This document shows, one piece after another, positions 23,444-33,700 of a stretch of DNA of 36,059 bases. A program made the translations under genes and the position numbers. Within the stretch, counting starts at the first letter, position 1, and each line of letters begins with the position of its first letter. The notes under the pieces are model-generated. The model made no database searches and was not told the DNA's origin. It saw only the letters and a list, made by a program, of their open reading frames with translations. Origin of the DNA: Patescibacteria group bacterium (GTDB taxonomy: Bacteria; Patescibacteriota; Minisyncoccia; UBA6257; HR35); the NCBI GenBank assembly GCA_030550735.1, contig JAUQOT010000002.1:1-36059 (forward strand). The letters are read 5' to 3'.

Positions 23444-26053
23444 ATGATACCCAATAACCGCTTTACACTCAAAGCAAGTGAGGCTTTGATGAAAGCTCAT
23501 GACAAAGCCGGCGAACTCCGACATAATGAAGTCAGAGCTCTTCATATTTTATGGGGGGTTCTTTCTGTTGAAGGAGAAATTATTAAAGATATATTTGCTG
23601 AAGCTAAGATAAATCCAGATATAGTTTTAAATGTTATTGAAGATGCTTTAGATAAAATTCCTAGAATTTTTTCGACAGGCGAAATTTCTTCACTTTATTT
23701 AAGTACTGATGCAAGTCAAGTTATTGAAAGAGCTTCTTATTTAGCGAGAAAAATGGGTGATGAGTTTGTTTCTTTAGAGCATCTTCTTTTAGCTTTAGCT
23801 GAAGTAAAAAGTCCAGCAAGAATAGTTTTAGAAAGATTTGGTTTAACAACCGAAAAAATTAATTCAATTTTAATTACTTTAAGAAAAGGTCAAAAAGTAG
23901 TTGATGAAACCCCAGAAGCTAAATATAGAGTTCTTGAAAAGTATAGTATCAATTTAACTGAATTAGCTAAAAAGAATAAACTCGATCCAATTATTGGCAG
24001 AGATACTGAAATTAGAAGAATTATTGAGATTTTATCGAGAAGAACGAAAAATAATCCTGTTTTGATTGGCGAACCAGGAGTAGGGAAAACAGCTATTGTT
24101 GAAGGTTTAGCTCAAAGAATAGTCAAAAATGAAGTTCCCGAATCATTGAAAAATGTAAATATTCTCTCTTTAGATATCGGAGCTTTGATTGCCGGATCAA
24201 AATTTAGAGGCGAGTTTGAAGATAGGTTAAAAGCAGTTATTAAAGAAATTCAATCGGATCCAAGAAGATTTATTCTTTTTGTTGATGAAATGCATACTTT
24301 AGTAGGAGCTGGAGCAGCTGAAGGAGCTATTGATGCTGCTAATCTTTTGAAACCTGTTTTAGCTAAAGGAGAATTAAGAATAATCGGCGCAACAACTTTT
24401 AGAGATTATAAGCTTTATATTGAAAAAGACCCTGCTTTTGCAAGAAGATTTCAACCAGTTATTATTAATGAACCATCAATTGAGGATACAATTGCTATCT
24501 TAAGAGGATTAAAAGAAAAATATGAAATTCATCACGGAGTTAAAATTTTAGATGAAGCAATTGTTGCTGCTGTTAAACTTTCTTCAAGATATATTACTAA
24601 TAGATTTTTACCTGACAAAGCTATTGATGTAATTGATGAAGCTTGTGCAAGTTTAAGAATTCATATTGAAACAACCCCGGCGGAAATAGAAAACTTAAGA
24701 AATGAAATTAAAAAATTGGAAATTGAGAAAGAAGCTTTACTAAGAGAAGAGAAACAAGACAAAGCTAAACTTAAATCAATCGAACAAAAATTAGAAAAAC
24801 TTAAAAAAGACGAAGAAAAAATAGTTACCCGCTGGCAAGCAGAAAAGAAAATAAAAGAAAAATATCAAGATTTAAAAAGAAAATTGGATCTTCTTAAACT
24901 TGAAGTAGAAGCAGCCGAAAGATCAGGAGATTTAACTCGTCTTGCTGAATTAATTTATGGTGAAATACCTGCTTTGGAGAAAGAAATGAAAGAATTAGAA
25001 AATTCATTTAAAAAATCTAAAACAATTTTTATTCGAGATTATGTCACCGCTGAAGATGTAGCCGAAGTGGTTTCTCGTTGGACAGGAATTCCTGTTAAAA
25101 AAATGATGGAAAGTGAAGCCGAAAAGCTTCTTAAAGCTGAAGAAATTTTAAGTCAAAGAGTTGTCGGTCAAGAAGAAGCTATTAGTGCTGTTAGTAATGC
25201 TCTTCGACGTGCTCGTGCCGGTCTTAATGATGAAAATCGTCCAATAGCTTCATTTATGTTTTTAGGTCCAACAGGAGTAGGGAAAACAGAACTAGCAAAA
25301 GCCCTAGCCGAATTTATGTTTAATGATGAAAAAGCGATGATTAGAATTGATATGTCAGAGTATATGGAACCACATTCAGTTGCCAAACTTATTGGTTCAC
25401 CACCTGGTTATGTTGGTTATGAGGAAGGAGGACAACTTACTGAAGCAGTTAAACATAGACCTTATAGTTTAATTCTCTTTGATGAAGTTGAAAAGGCTCA
25501 TCCCGAAGTTTTTAATCTCTTACTTCAAATTCTTGATGATGGAAGATTAACCGATAATAAAGGAACAACTGTTAGCTTCAAAAATACTATAATTATTATG
25601 ACTTCTAATATTGGAACTCATTACTTTAGAAAAATAGGTTCATTAGGTTTTACTACTCAAGTTGGAGAATTTGATAATCTAAGAGAAAAGATAATGTCAT
25701 CACTAAAAGAATTCTTTAAACCAGAATTTCTCAATCGTATTGATGATATTATAATCTTTAAACCACTTTCAAAAGAAGCTCTAACAAAAATTGTTGATCT
25801 TCAGTTAAATAGAGTTAAGAAAAGATTAGAAGAAAAAAATATCTTTGTTGAATTTAGTGATAAGGTAAAAGAACTTTTGATTGAAAAAGGCTTTGATGAG
25901 GTTTATGGTGCTCGTCCTCTGCAAAGAGCTATTCAAAAATATATTCTTAATCCTTTAGCTGAAAAAATTATAGCTCAAAAATTAAAAACTGGTCAAAAAT
26001 TATTAGTTGAAATTAAACAATCAGGCGACTTAGTTCTTTCACCAATAAAGTAA
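23444..26053 (+). CDS. clpB: ATP-dependent chaperone/disaggregase ClpB
   Basis: Clp N-domain, two AAA+ modules ([18 protein letters not shown]), a long coiled-coil M-domain between them, and [10 protein letters not shown]. Confidence 0.92.
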   Translation: MIPNNRFTLKASEALMKAHDKAGELRHNEVRALHILWGVLSVEGEIIKDIFAEAKINPDIVLNVIEDALDKIPRIFSTGEISSLYLSTDASQVIERASYLARKMGDEFVSLEHLLLALAEVKSPARIVLERFGLTTEKINSILITLRKGQKVVDETPEAKYRVLEKYSINLTELAKKNKLDPIIGRDTEIRRIIEILSRRTKNNPVLIGEPGVGKTAIVEGLAQRIVKNEVPESLKNVNILSLDIGALIAGSKFRGEFEDRLKAVIKEIQSDPRRFILFVDEMHTLVGAGAAEGAIDAANLLKPVLAKGELRIIGATTFRDYKLYIEKDPAFARRFQPVIINEPSIEDTIAILRGLKEKYEIHHGVKILDEAIVAAVKLSSRYITNRFLPDKAIDVIDEACASLRIHIETTPAEIENLRNEIKKLEIEKEALLREEKQDKAKLKSIEQKLEKLKKDEEKIVTRWQAEKKIKEKYQDLKRKLDLLKLEVEAAERSGDLTRLAELIYGEIPALEKEMKELENSFKKSKTIFIRDYVTAEDVAEVVSRWTGIPVKKMMESEAEKLLKAEEILSQRVVGQEEAISAVSNALRRARAGLNDENRPIASFMFLGPTGVGKTELAKALAEFMFNDEKAMIRIDMSEYMEPHSVAKLIGSPPGYVGYEEGGQLTEAVKHRPYSLILFDEVEKAHPEVFNLLLQILDDGRLTDNKGTTVSFKNTIIIMTSNIGTHYFRKIGSLGFTTQVGEFDNLREKIMSSLKEFFKPEFLNRIDDIIIFKPLSKEALTKIVDLQLNRVKKRLEEKNIFVEFSDKVKELLIEKGFDEVYGARPLQRAIQKYILNPLAEKIIAQKLKTGQKLLVEIKQSGDLVLSPIK

Positions 26054-26056
26054 AAA

Positions 26057-26245
26057 ATGATGAAAATTTTAAATGATATTAAAGGATATTTAAAAGAATC
26101 CTGGTTAGAACTTAAAAAAGTTAATTGGCTTAGCATCAATGAAACAATTAAAATAACTTCTGATGTTATAATATTTACTACTATTTTTTTAGTTTTTTTC
26201 GCTTTAATAGAAATTATTTTTATAAGTCTAATTTTAGTTAAATAA
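26057..26245 (+). CDS. secE: Preprotein translocase subunit SecE
   Basis: 62 aa, ELKKVNWLS followed by a single TM. It lies immediately upstream of nusG. Confidence 0.8.
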   Translation: MMKILNDIKGYLKESWLELKKVNWLSINETIKITSDVIIFTTIFLVFFALIEIIFISLILVK

Positions 26246-26247
26246 AA

Positions 26248-26793
26248 ATGCCCAAACAAAGATTAAATTTAGGTAGAGGTTGGTATGCAATACATACTGT
26301 TGTTGGTTTTGAAGAAATTGTAGCTCAAAGTATTCTTCAAAGAGCTGAAGATTTTGATGTTAAAGATAAAATTTTTAGAGTTCTTGTTCCTAAGGAAAAA
26401 GTTTGGGAAATTAAACAAGGTAAACGACAACTTGTTGAAAAAAAAATTTATCCAGGTTATGTTTTTATTGATATGATTGTTGATGATCTTTCTTGGTATG
26501 TTATTAGAAACACTCCCAAAGTAACAGGTTTTGTAGGTGTCGGTGCAACCCCTATTCCAATAAACGAAGAAGAGATTAAGGAAATATTGTCGAGGATAGA
26601 AAAAGAAGAACCAACTATTCAAACCGAATTTTCTGTTGGTGATGTTGTTGAAATTGTTCATGGTATTTTTAAAGGCTTGAAAGGAAAAATTGTTGAGATT
26701 GATTATGATAGACAAAAAGCAAAAGTTTTAATTCCTATCATGGGCAGAGAAACTCCCGTCGAAGCTGATTTTCTCCAAATTAAAAAATTGTAA
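26248..26793 (+). CDS. nusG: Transcription termination/antitermination factor NusG
   Basis: NGN domain (WYAIHTVVGFEE, YPGYVFI) and KOW motif GDVVEIVHGIFKGLKGKIVEID. Confidence 0.9.
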   Translation: MPKQRLNLGRGWYAIHTVVGFEEIVAQSILQRAEDFDVKDKIFRVLVPKEKVWEIKQGKRQLVEKKIYPGYVFIDMIVDDLSWYVIRNTPKVTGFVGVGATPIPINEEEIKEILSRIEKEEPTIQTEFSVGDVVEIVHGIFKGLKGKIVEIDYDRQKAKVLIPIMGRETPVEADFLQIKKL

Positions 26794-26801
26794 AAACAAA
26801 A

Positions 26802-27227
26802 ATGGCAAAGAAAGTAAAGATTAAATTGAAACTTATTATTCCTGGTGGAAAAGCAACACCAGCACCACCACTTGGTCCATCATTAGCACCTCATGGTATT
26901 AATATTGTTGAATTTTGTAATAAGTTTAATCAAATGACTAAAGATATGGAAGGAATTGAAGTTCCTGTTTATTTGACTATTTATGAAGATAAAACTTTTG
27001 ATATAAAAATAGGTACTCCGCCAATTAGTACGCTTATAAAAATGGCTCTAAAAATTGAAAAAGGATCACACGAACCGGGAAGAAATTTTGTTGGAAGTTT
27101 GACTAAAGAAGATGTAAGGAAGATAGCTGAAAAAAAATTATCTGAATTGAATACAAGAGATATTGAAAAGGCAATGAAAATAGTTGAAGGAGTTGCTAAA
27201 TCAATGGGTGTTAAAATTATTGAATGA
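26802..27227 (+). CDS. rplK: 50S ribosomal protein L11
   Basis: PPLGPSLAPHGINIVEFCNKFN and TPPISTLIK. Confidence 0.9.
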   Translation: MAKKVKIKLKLIIPGGKATPAPPLGPSLAPHGINIVEFCNKFNQMTKDMEGIEVPVYLTIYEDKTFDIKIGTPPISTLIKMALKIEKGSHEPGRNFVGSLTKEDVRKIAEKKLSELNTRDIEKAMKIVEGVAKSMGVKIIE

Positions 27228-28662
27228 ATTTAAAAATTTCTTTTAAAATAGGGTCTTTAACAAAATAGAGAAAAAGAAAATAGATAATAACAACTAAAAT
27301 TATTTTGAAGATTAAGTGAATTGGTAAGAAATAAACAAGAAAAACAGCAGCAAATGAAGCAAAAAGAGGTTTTATCAAATTAAGCTTTTTTAAATGAAAA
27401 TTTATATATTTTTTTAACAAAAGAAAACCAAACAAGAAAGAAAGAAAAGAAGAAAAAGAAGTTATTAAACTTGAAGCGTATAGTCCATAAAGTGGAACAA
27501 AAATTAAATTAAGAAGAGCATTAATCAAAAGAACAATGAGGTCAAATTTTATGAGTTCTTTTCTTCTATCGAGAGCAATTAAGGTGTCAACAAGAATAAG
27601 AAAGAAAAAATTAAAAGGAATAGAAAACGACAAAAACTTTAAAGCGAGGTTAGCTGATAGATACTCCTTGCCATAAAGAAAATTAATAAGATCATAAGAA
27701 AAAAAGAAAATACCAAAAAGAGTTGGAAGAGAGATTAAAAGAGAAAAGTTAAATCCAAATTCTAAGGCTTCGTGAAATCTTTGTTTATCGTTTAATTCCT
27801 TTGTTAATCTTGGATAAATTGCCATTGCTAATGAAAGAGGTAAGATAAACAAAACTTCGTTTATTTTAACTACCGAATTATAAATACCAACCTCACTTTT
27901 TGCTCTAAAATAGCCCAAAATTAAAGTATCGATATAAGTTATAAGAAGAAAAATAAAATTAGCAATACCTATTGGCCAACTTTTATTTAAAATGATTAAT
28001 GGTTCTTTTAGGCGGATAAATTTAAGATAATTAAAAAATAAATCTTTTCTTAAAAGAAAAAAAGTAAAAATTAAACCTAAAAATGAAGAAAAAAGATAAG
28101 CTAAAGCAAGATTTAAAGGATGGGGATAATTAAATAAAACAAATAATCCGAATGACATCAAAAGAAAATTAGTTAAACTATAACTTAAAGCCTGAAGCTC
28201 CATTTTCTCTTCAGCTCGAAAAAGACTATAGAGAATTTCTCTTAATGTATCAAAAAAAATAAAAGGGATTAAAATTAAAATTATTTTTTGAGCTAGACTA
28301 TCTTTAATAACAAATTTACGAGTTAAAATTATAAGAAAAAAACTAATAAGAAAAAGAAGAAAAAAAGAATAAACAAAATTAGCAATTATTTCCTTTTTCT
28401 TTTCTTTTTCTTGAGTTAAGTTCTTTATAAAAATAGGAACCAAACCGAAATCAGGAATGACAGAAAAAATTAAGATAAAATTCATTGCTAGATAAAAACT
28501 TCCTTGCAAACTTGGTCCAAGAATTCTAAAACTCAGAATTACTAAAGCTGCTCGAAAAATACTTCCTAAGAATCGCGAAAAAAATATCCAAAAAGAATTC
28601 TTAACAATTATTTGTTTAGCTTCAAAATTTTTCAAAAAATATCCTTTAATTTTTTCAAACAT
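27217..28662 (-). CDS. MOP-superfamily flippase (polysaccharide biosynthesis protein/Wzx-like)
   Basis: 481-aa polytopic protein, paralogous in architecture to 21586..22875. 11-nt convergent overlap with rplK. Confidence 0.6.
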   Translation of the reverse strand: MFEKIKGYFLKNFEAKQIIVKNSFWIFFSRFLGSIFRAALVILSFRILGPSLQGSFYLAMNFILIFSVIPDFGLVPIFIKNLTQEKEKKKEIIANFVYSFFLLFLISFFLIILTRKFVIKDSLAQKIILILIPFIFFDTLREILYSLFRAEEKMELQALSYSLTNFLLMSFGLFVLFNYPHPLNLALAYLFSSFLGLIFTFFLLRKDLFFNYLKFIRLKEPLIILNKSWPIGIANFIFLLITYIDTLILGYFRAKSEVGIYNSVVKINEVLFILPLSLAMAIYPRLTKELNDKQRFHEALEFGFNFSLLISLPTLFGIFFFSYDLINFLYGKEYLSANLALKFLSFSIPFNFFFLILVDTLIALDRRKELIKFDLIVLLINALLNLIFVPLYGLYASSLITSFSSFLSFLFGFLLLKKYINFHLKKLNLIKPLFASFAAVFLVYFLPIHLIFKIILVVIIYFLFLYFVKDPILKEIFKFIQ

Positions 28663-28682
28663 TTTTTTAAAATTAAAATAAA

Positions 28683-29180
28683 ATGAATTTGATTGATTTT
28701 TACTATTACTTTAATTTGTTTCGAGATATTTTAATTTTAATTCAAATTCTCTTTGTTTTATCTTTGATCTTTCGAAGAATGAAAGAAAATGTTAATACAG
28801 GTTTAATTATATATGGTAAATTTATTTTTCTAACTCTTGTTATTTCTTTTCTTCTTTTTTTCTTTAAAAATACCTTTCCTTCTTTAAGACCAATAAGCTA
28901 TTTGGTTCCAAACCTAATTTTGAATGATAGTTTTCCTTCAGGCCATGCCCTTTTTTCGTTTAGTTATACATTTTTTGTTATGCCTCTAAGTTTTAGATTT
29001 TTTATTTTCTCTCTAATAATTTCTGTTCTGATTAGTATTTTTAGTATTATTTCTTTTTCTCATTTTTTAATAGATATTATTTTTAGCATCTTTTTAGCTA
29101 TATTTATAGCTATTATTTCTCAAGAGATTTTATATTTTTTCCATAGGTTCTATGTTCACTATTTTAAGAAAAAAACCTAA
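28683..29180 (+). CDS. PAP2-family lipid phosphate phosphatase
   Basis: Motifs KNTFPSLRP (Kx6RP), PSGH and SHFLID (HxxxD), embedded in TM segments. Confidence 0.65.
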   Translation: MNLIDFYYYFNLFRDILILIQILFVLSLIFRRMKENVNTGLIIYGKFIFLTLVISFLLFFFKNTFPSLRPISYLVPNLILNDSFPSGHALFSFSYTFFVMPLSFRFFIFSLIISVLISIFSIISFSHFLIDIIFSIFLAIFIAIISQEILYFFHRFYVHYFKKKT

Positions 29181-30761
29181 AACATCTCTTAGGGTTTTTA
29201 CTAAAAAGAGATCTCTTCTATCAATTTTTTCTTCTTGGATTATTCTTCTTTTTTCATAAAAGTGGTGAATTTCTTTAGCAACATTTAAAAGATAATCATA
29301 ATAAAGATTTGGTTTTAATTCTCTATAGATAATAATACTTAAATCTTTAAATTGATGAAGAATTCTAATTAAATTTTTAATTTCCTCTTCTTTAATATAA
29401 AATTTTGCTAATTTTTGGGGATCAAATTTTTCTGGAATTTTATAACCCCTTTCTTCAGCTCTTTTAAGAATATTATTCAATCTTGCATAAGCATATTGAA
29501 GATACCAAAAAGGATTTTCTTCAGAAACTTTTTGAGCAATTTCCATATCAAAGTTTAAAGTTGTTTCCGGTGTCATACTTAAAAACATTATTCGAACTAC
29601 TCCTGGATTAATAACTGAAAGCAAATCATCAATTGTTACAAAAACTCCTTTTCTTTTTGACATTTTTAATATTTTTTCTTCCTTTTTAAGATGAACATGT
29701 TGATAAGTAATTATTTTTATTTGTGATTCTTTTATTTTTAACACCTCTAAAGCTTTTTTGAGTCTTCTAATATGATCATGATGATCGGCTCCCAGAATAT
29801 TTACTCCTATTTTAAATTTTCTTTCAAAAAACTTATTATAATGATAAAGGATATCAGAAAAAAAATAAGTTGGTTCACCATTAGCTCTTATTAGAAATTC
29901 ATCTTTTATTTCTCCAATTTTGGTTAATTTTAAAATTAAAGCTCCGTCTTTTTCTTCGATAAGAAACATTTTTTTATATAACTCGATAATCTTTTCTAAT
30001 TTATTTTTATCTTGATAGAGACTTTTTTCAGAAAAATAATTGTCAAATGATGTACCAAGTTTTTTTAATGATGGTTTAATATAATTTTCTAAAACATAAT
30101 TACAAGCCATTTCTTCAATTTTTTTTAGATCATTTATGTTTTCAATTTTTTCTTTTAGATCTCTTGCTATTTCTTTGATGTAATCTCCTTTATAAAAATT
30201 TTCTTCTTCGGGAATTTTCCCTAAATTAGCTAAAATCGATTTAACCAAAATTTCAACTTGTGTTCCTCTATCATTTACATAATATTCTTTTGTTACTCTA
30301 AAACCTAAAATTTTAAGAAAATTAGCTAAAGTGTCTCCTAAAACGGCACCACGAATATTGCCTATATGCAGGGGTCCTGTTGGATTGGCAGAAACATATT
30401 CAACAATTATTTTTCTTTTTCTTCCTATATAGCTATAAAAATGTTTTTCGCCTTTTTTAAAAATATTTCTCAAAACCTTGAATAAAACATAATCCGAAAG
30501 ATGAAAGTTTAAATAATTATTAACTATTTCAATTTTTTTAAAATGATTTTTAAGTTTTTTATTAATTTTTTCTAAAATAATCTCTTTTTCATTAGGAGCA
30601 AATTTATCAAGAAGAAAAAGAAGATTAGTTGAATAATCTCCACGATCTAGATTTTTGACTATAAAAAATTGAAGTTTATTCTCTATGTTTTTCCATGAAG
30701 TCTTTTTTAAGTTCTTTCTTAAAATTATTTTTATTTTTCTTTCTAAATCAATAAGTTGCAT
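29130..30761 (-). CDS. argS: Arginine--tRNA ligase
   Basis: SANPTGPLHIGNIRGA (HIGH), KMSKRKG (KMSKS-like) and a C-terminal anticodon-binding domain. Confidence 0.9.
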   Translation of the reverse strand: MQLIDLERKIKIILRKNLKKTSWKNIENKLQFFIVKNLDRGDYSTNLLFLLDKFAPNEKEIILEKINKKLKNHFKKIEIVNNYLNFHLSDYVLFKVLRNIFKKGEKHFYSYIGRKRKIIVEYVSANPTGPLHIGNIRGAVLGDTLANFLKILGFRVTKEYYVNDRGTQVEILVKSILANLGKIPEEENFYKGDYIKEIARDLKEKIENINDLKKIEEMACNYVLENYIKPSLKKLGTSFDNYFSEKSLYQDKNKLEKIIELYKKMFLIEEKDGALILKLTKIGEIKDEFLIRANGEPTYFFSDILYHYNKFFERKFKIGVNILGADHHDHIRRLKKALEVLKIKESQIKIITYQHVHLKKEEKILKMSKRKGVFVTIDDLLSVINPGVVRIMFLSMTPETTLNFDMEIAQKVSEENPFWYLQYAYARLNNILKRAEERGYKIPEKFDPQKLAKFYIKEEEIKNLIRILHQFKDLSIIIYRELKPNLYYDYLLNVAKEIHHFYEKRRIIQEEKIDRRDLFLVKTLRDVLGFFLKIVNIEPMEKI

Positions 30762-33700
30762 TTTTAAAAATTTTATTGAAAAGTTCTTCTAAAATTGTAA
30801 GATAATTAGCTTCGCCACTTTCAACTTTGTCCATATTCTTTTCTAAAATCCTTGTAAATTCCTCATCAATATATTGAAAGTATTTTTCTTTTAGATATTG
30901 ATAAATCGTTTTGCCCCAACTTGTTGGAATTAAATAACCAGATTTATTTAAAATATATTTTCTTTCAAGCAAAGTTGAAATAAAAGTTGCATAAGTTGAG
31001 GGTCTGCCCAAACCTCTTTTTTTCATTTCTTCTATTAATTCACCCTGAGTATAATAAAATTCTTTAGGAACCCTTTGAATTCTTAGATTTTTCACAATGA
31101 ATTCGCCCTCTTCCAATTTTGTTTCTTTAAGATGATAATAAAATTCTAAATAACCCCTTTCTTTAATTTTTTTAATTTCTTCAAAATCTTTTTCTAAATC
31201 TTCTAGATAAATTTTACCATTTATTTTAATAATTTTTGCTTCTTTTACTTGAGAAGCAAGAAAACGATTAACAATTAAACCGTAAAGTTTTAAATGATTG
31301 CTTGTTAAACTTCGATCACCTAAAACAATCATTTCTTCAATTAATTCATCAACAGTTAAAGCTTTTGTTGGTCTTATGCCTTCATGTGTTCCTGGGGAAC
31401 CAAAATGATTGGGTTTAAAAATTTCTATTTTGTTTAAATTTTCTAAAAATTCTCGAGCAACTCTTAAGCCAAAATCAGATATATAAGTTGAATCGGTTCG
31501 ATGATAAGTAATCAAACCTCTTTCAAACAAATCTTGAGCCAATTTCATTGTTTGGTCGGCTCCGAATTTAAAAAAATTAAAAGCATCTTTTAAAAGATTA
31601 CTCGTATCATAAGGCGGTAGAGGTTTTCTAATTTCTTCTTCCTCTTTATTGATTTTTATTCTTACTTTAAGTTCTTTATTTTTAAATTTTTCTCTTATCT
31701 TCTTTACAAAATTTTTATTATCTGTTTCTAATCTAATTAAAGAATCATCAAAACCAACTCTTAAATAATAAATTTTATTCTTAACTTTTTCGGCTCTTTC
31801 TAGAATCCAGCCCAAAATAGGTGTTTGAACTCTACCAGCAGAAAGGTTTAAATTTTTAAAATGATTTTGAATTTTTTCACTTAAAAAAAAGCCAACCCAC
31901 CTATCAGAAATCCTTCGTAAAAGCTGTGCTTCAACTAAGTAAGTATTGATTTCGCGTGGTTCTTTTATTCTTTTCAAAAACTCCTCGCGAGTAATTTCAT
32001 GAAGTTCGATTCTTAAAATATTCTTATTATATGGATAAAGATAATTAAAGAGATCGAAAGCTATTTTTTCACCTTCGGCATCAGGATCAGAAGCTAAATA
32101 AATTTTATCAACCTCCAAGGCTAATTTTTTGAGACCTTCAATTAACTCCTCTTTGGTATAAATTTCTTTACTTCCACAAACGGGACAAAAATTTTCGGTG
32201 TAATTTAGATGACGATCGCAACTTCGACATATTTTTATAAACTGAAAAATAGGTATAAACTGACTATCAATTTTTTTGACCCCATAATAGCCATCTGAGT
32301 AAGTTAAATCAACAAAATGTCCCATTGTTGCGCAAATATTTAAATGTAAATTACCTAAAGAAATTTCATAGAGAGTTAATCCGTTTTTAATTCTTCTTGC
32401 TGGTTTACCAAAAAAATTAGCTATTGTTCTTGCTTTGGTTGGTGATTCAACAATAACAAGAGCGGTTTCAATTGGATCTTTAAATTCTATCTCTTTTCCT
32501 TCGATTACTTTCTTAACAATATTTCTATCTTCGTCAATTTTCTTTAAAATATCTTCCAAATTAACTTCATTTACCTCTTTAAATTTAATTTGATAGCCTA
32601 AGATTTTTAACTTATTGGCTAAATGTTTAAGAAGTTTTTCATTCTCGGCTAATATTAAACTTAATCCCTTAGTTAACCCTAGGGGATAAAGTCTCGAAGT
32701 TCTTCCTGAAGCTTGAAGATAACCACGTGGATCAGAAACAATAAGAATCATTTCGCTGTCTCTTCTTTCTAATATAAGCAATGGATGTGTTTTAATTTTT
32801 TCAATAAAATCTTCTTGTTTTATAAGTTCTTCCCAGAAATTTTTTATAGTTTCTAACTTAGTTTTTAAAGATTCATTTTCTTTAATTGTATCTTCTTTAA
32901 GATAAGATATTTTCTTTAAAAAATTAATCTGTTTGTCAATAAATTTTTTTTCTTTTTCATCCAAAATTTCTCTTAAGGTTAAAGAAATTAAAAAAAGTTG
33001 GAGAGGGCTTAAAGATAATTTGAGAGATAAAATAAATTTGGGAATTCCAACAAAAAGCGCATATCTTACTTTTTGAGGTAAATCAATTCCTCGGGTAAGA
33101 GGATTTCTGATATTAGAAAAACCAACAATCACCTGAATTTTATTTTCTAAGAAGGCTTCAATGTTTTTATTATTAAAATTTTCGTAAGAAACAGCGTTAA
33201 TGCCGTTTTTATTTAGAAAGTGAACATAATTTTTAAGATCATCACGATTGTATTCTGAGCTTAAATAAACAAATCCTCCTTCTCCTAATTTTTTTATCCA
33301 TTTTATTGATTCTTCCCAAAGATTTTCCTTATTTACTAATTTATAAAGTTCTTCGATGTTTCTTAAATAGGTTGATGAAATACCAATCTCAAAACCTAAA
33401 AGTTCCTTAAAAAGATTTATTCTCTTTGTTTTTGGAGTTAGGGTTGCTGAAGCAGCAATAATAATTCCTTTTTCTTTTTTGTTTATTTCAATTTTTAGAT
33501 TATTTTTTTCTTTGTTTTTTCTTTTTAATTCAATGATTTCCAAAGCTTGATTTATTTCTTCCTCGGTGATTTTTGCTAGTTTTAAGACTTTGTCAATATT
33601 TTTAGGTTGTCTAATTAAAGAATCGGCATCATCAATAAAAACTAAATCAAAATTTTTAGGAATAATATCAAAATTTTTGTGGAGAAAATTAGAAGTTGTA

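Noticed and set aside
26269-26715. 148-aa antisense ORF inside nusG, and similar antisense ORFs at 2379..2564, 9394..9642, 11396..11641, 12495..12770, 18956..19150, 20302..20538, 25168..25386, 25993..26259 and 33566..33781
   Set aside because: Each lies wholly inside, or nearly inside, a well-supported gene on the other strand. All have low-complexity F/N/K/I-rich translations and no motifs, so they are shadow ORFs.
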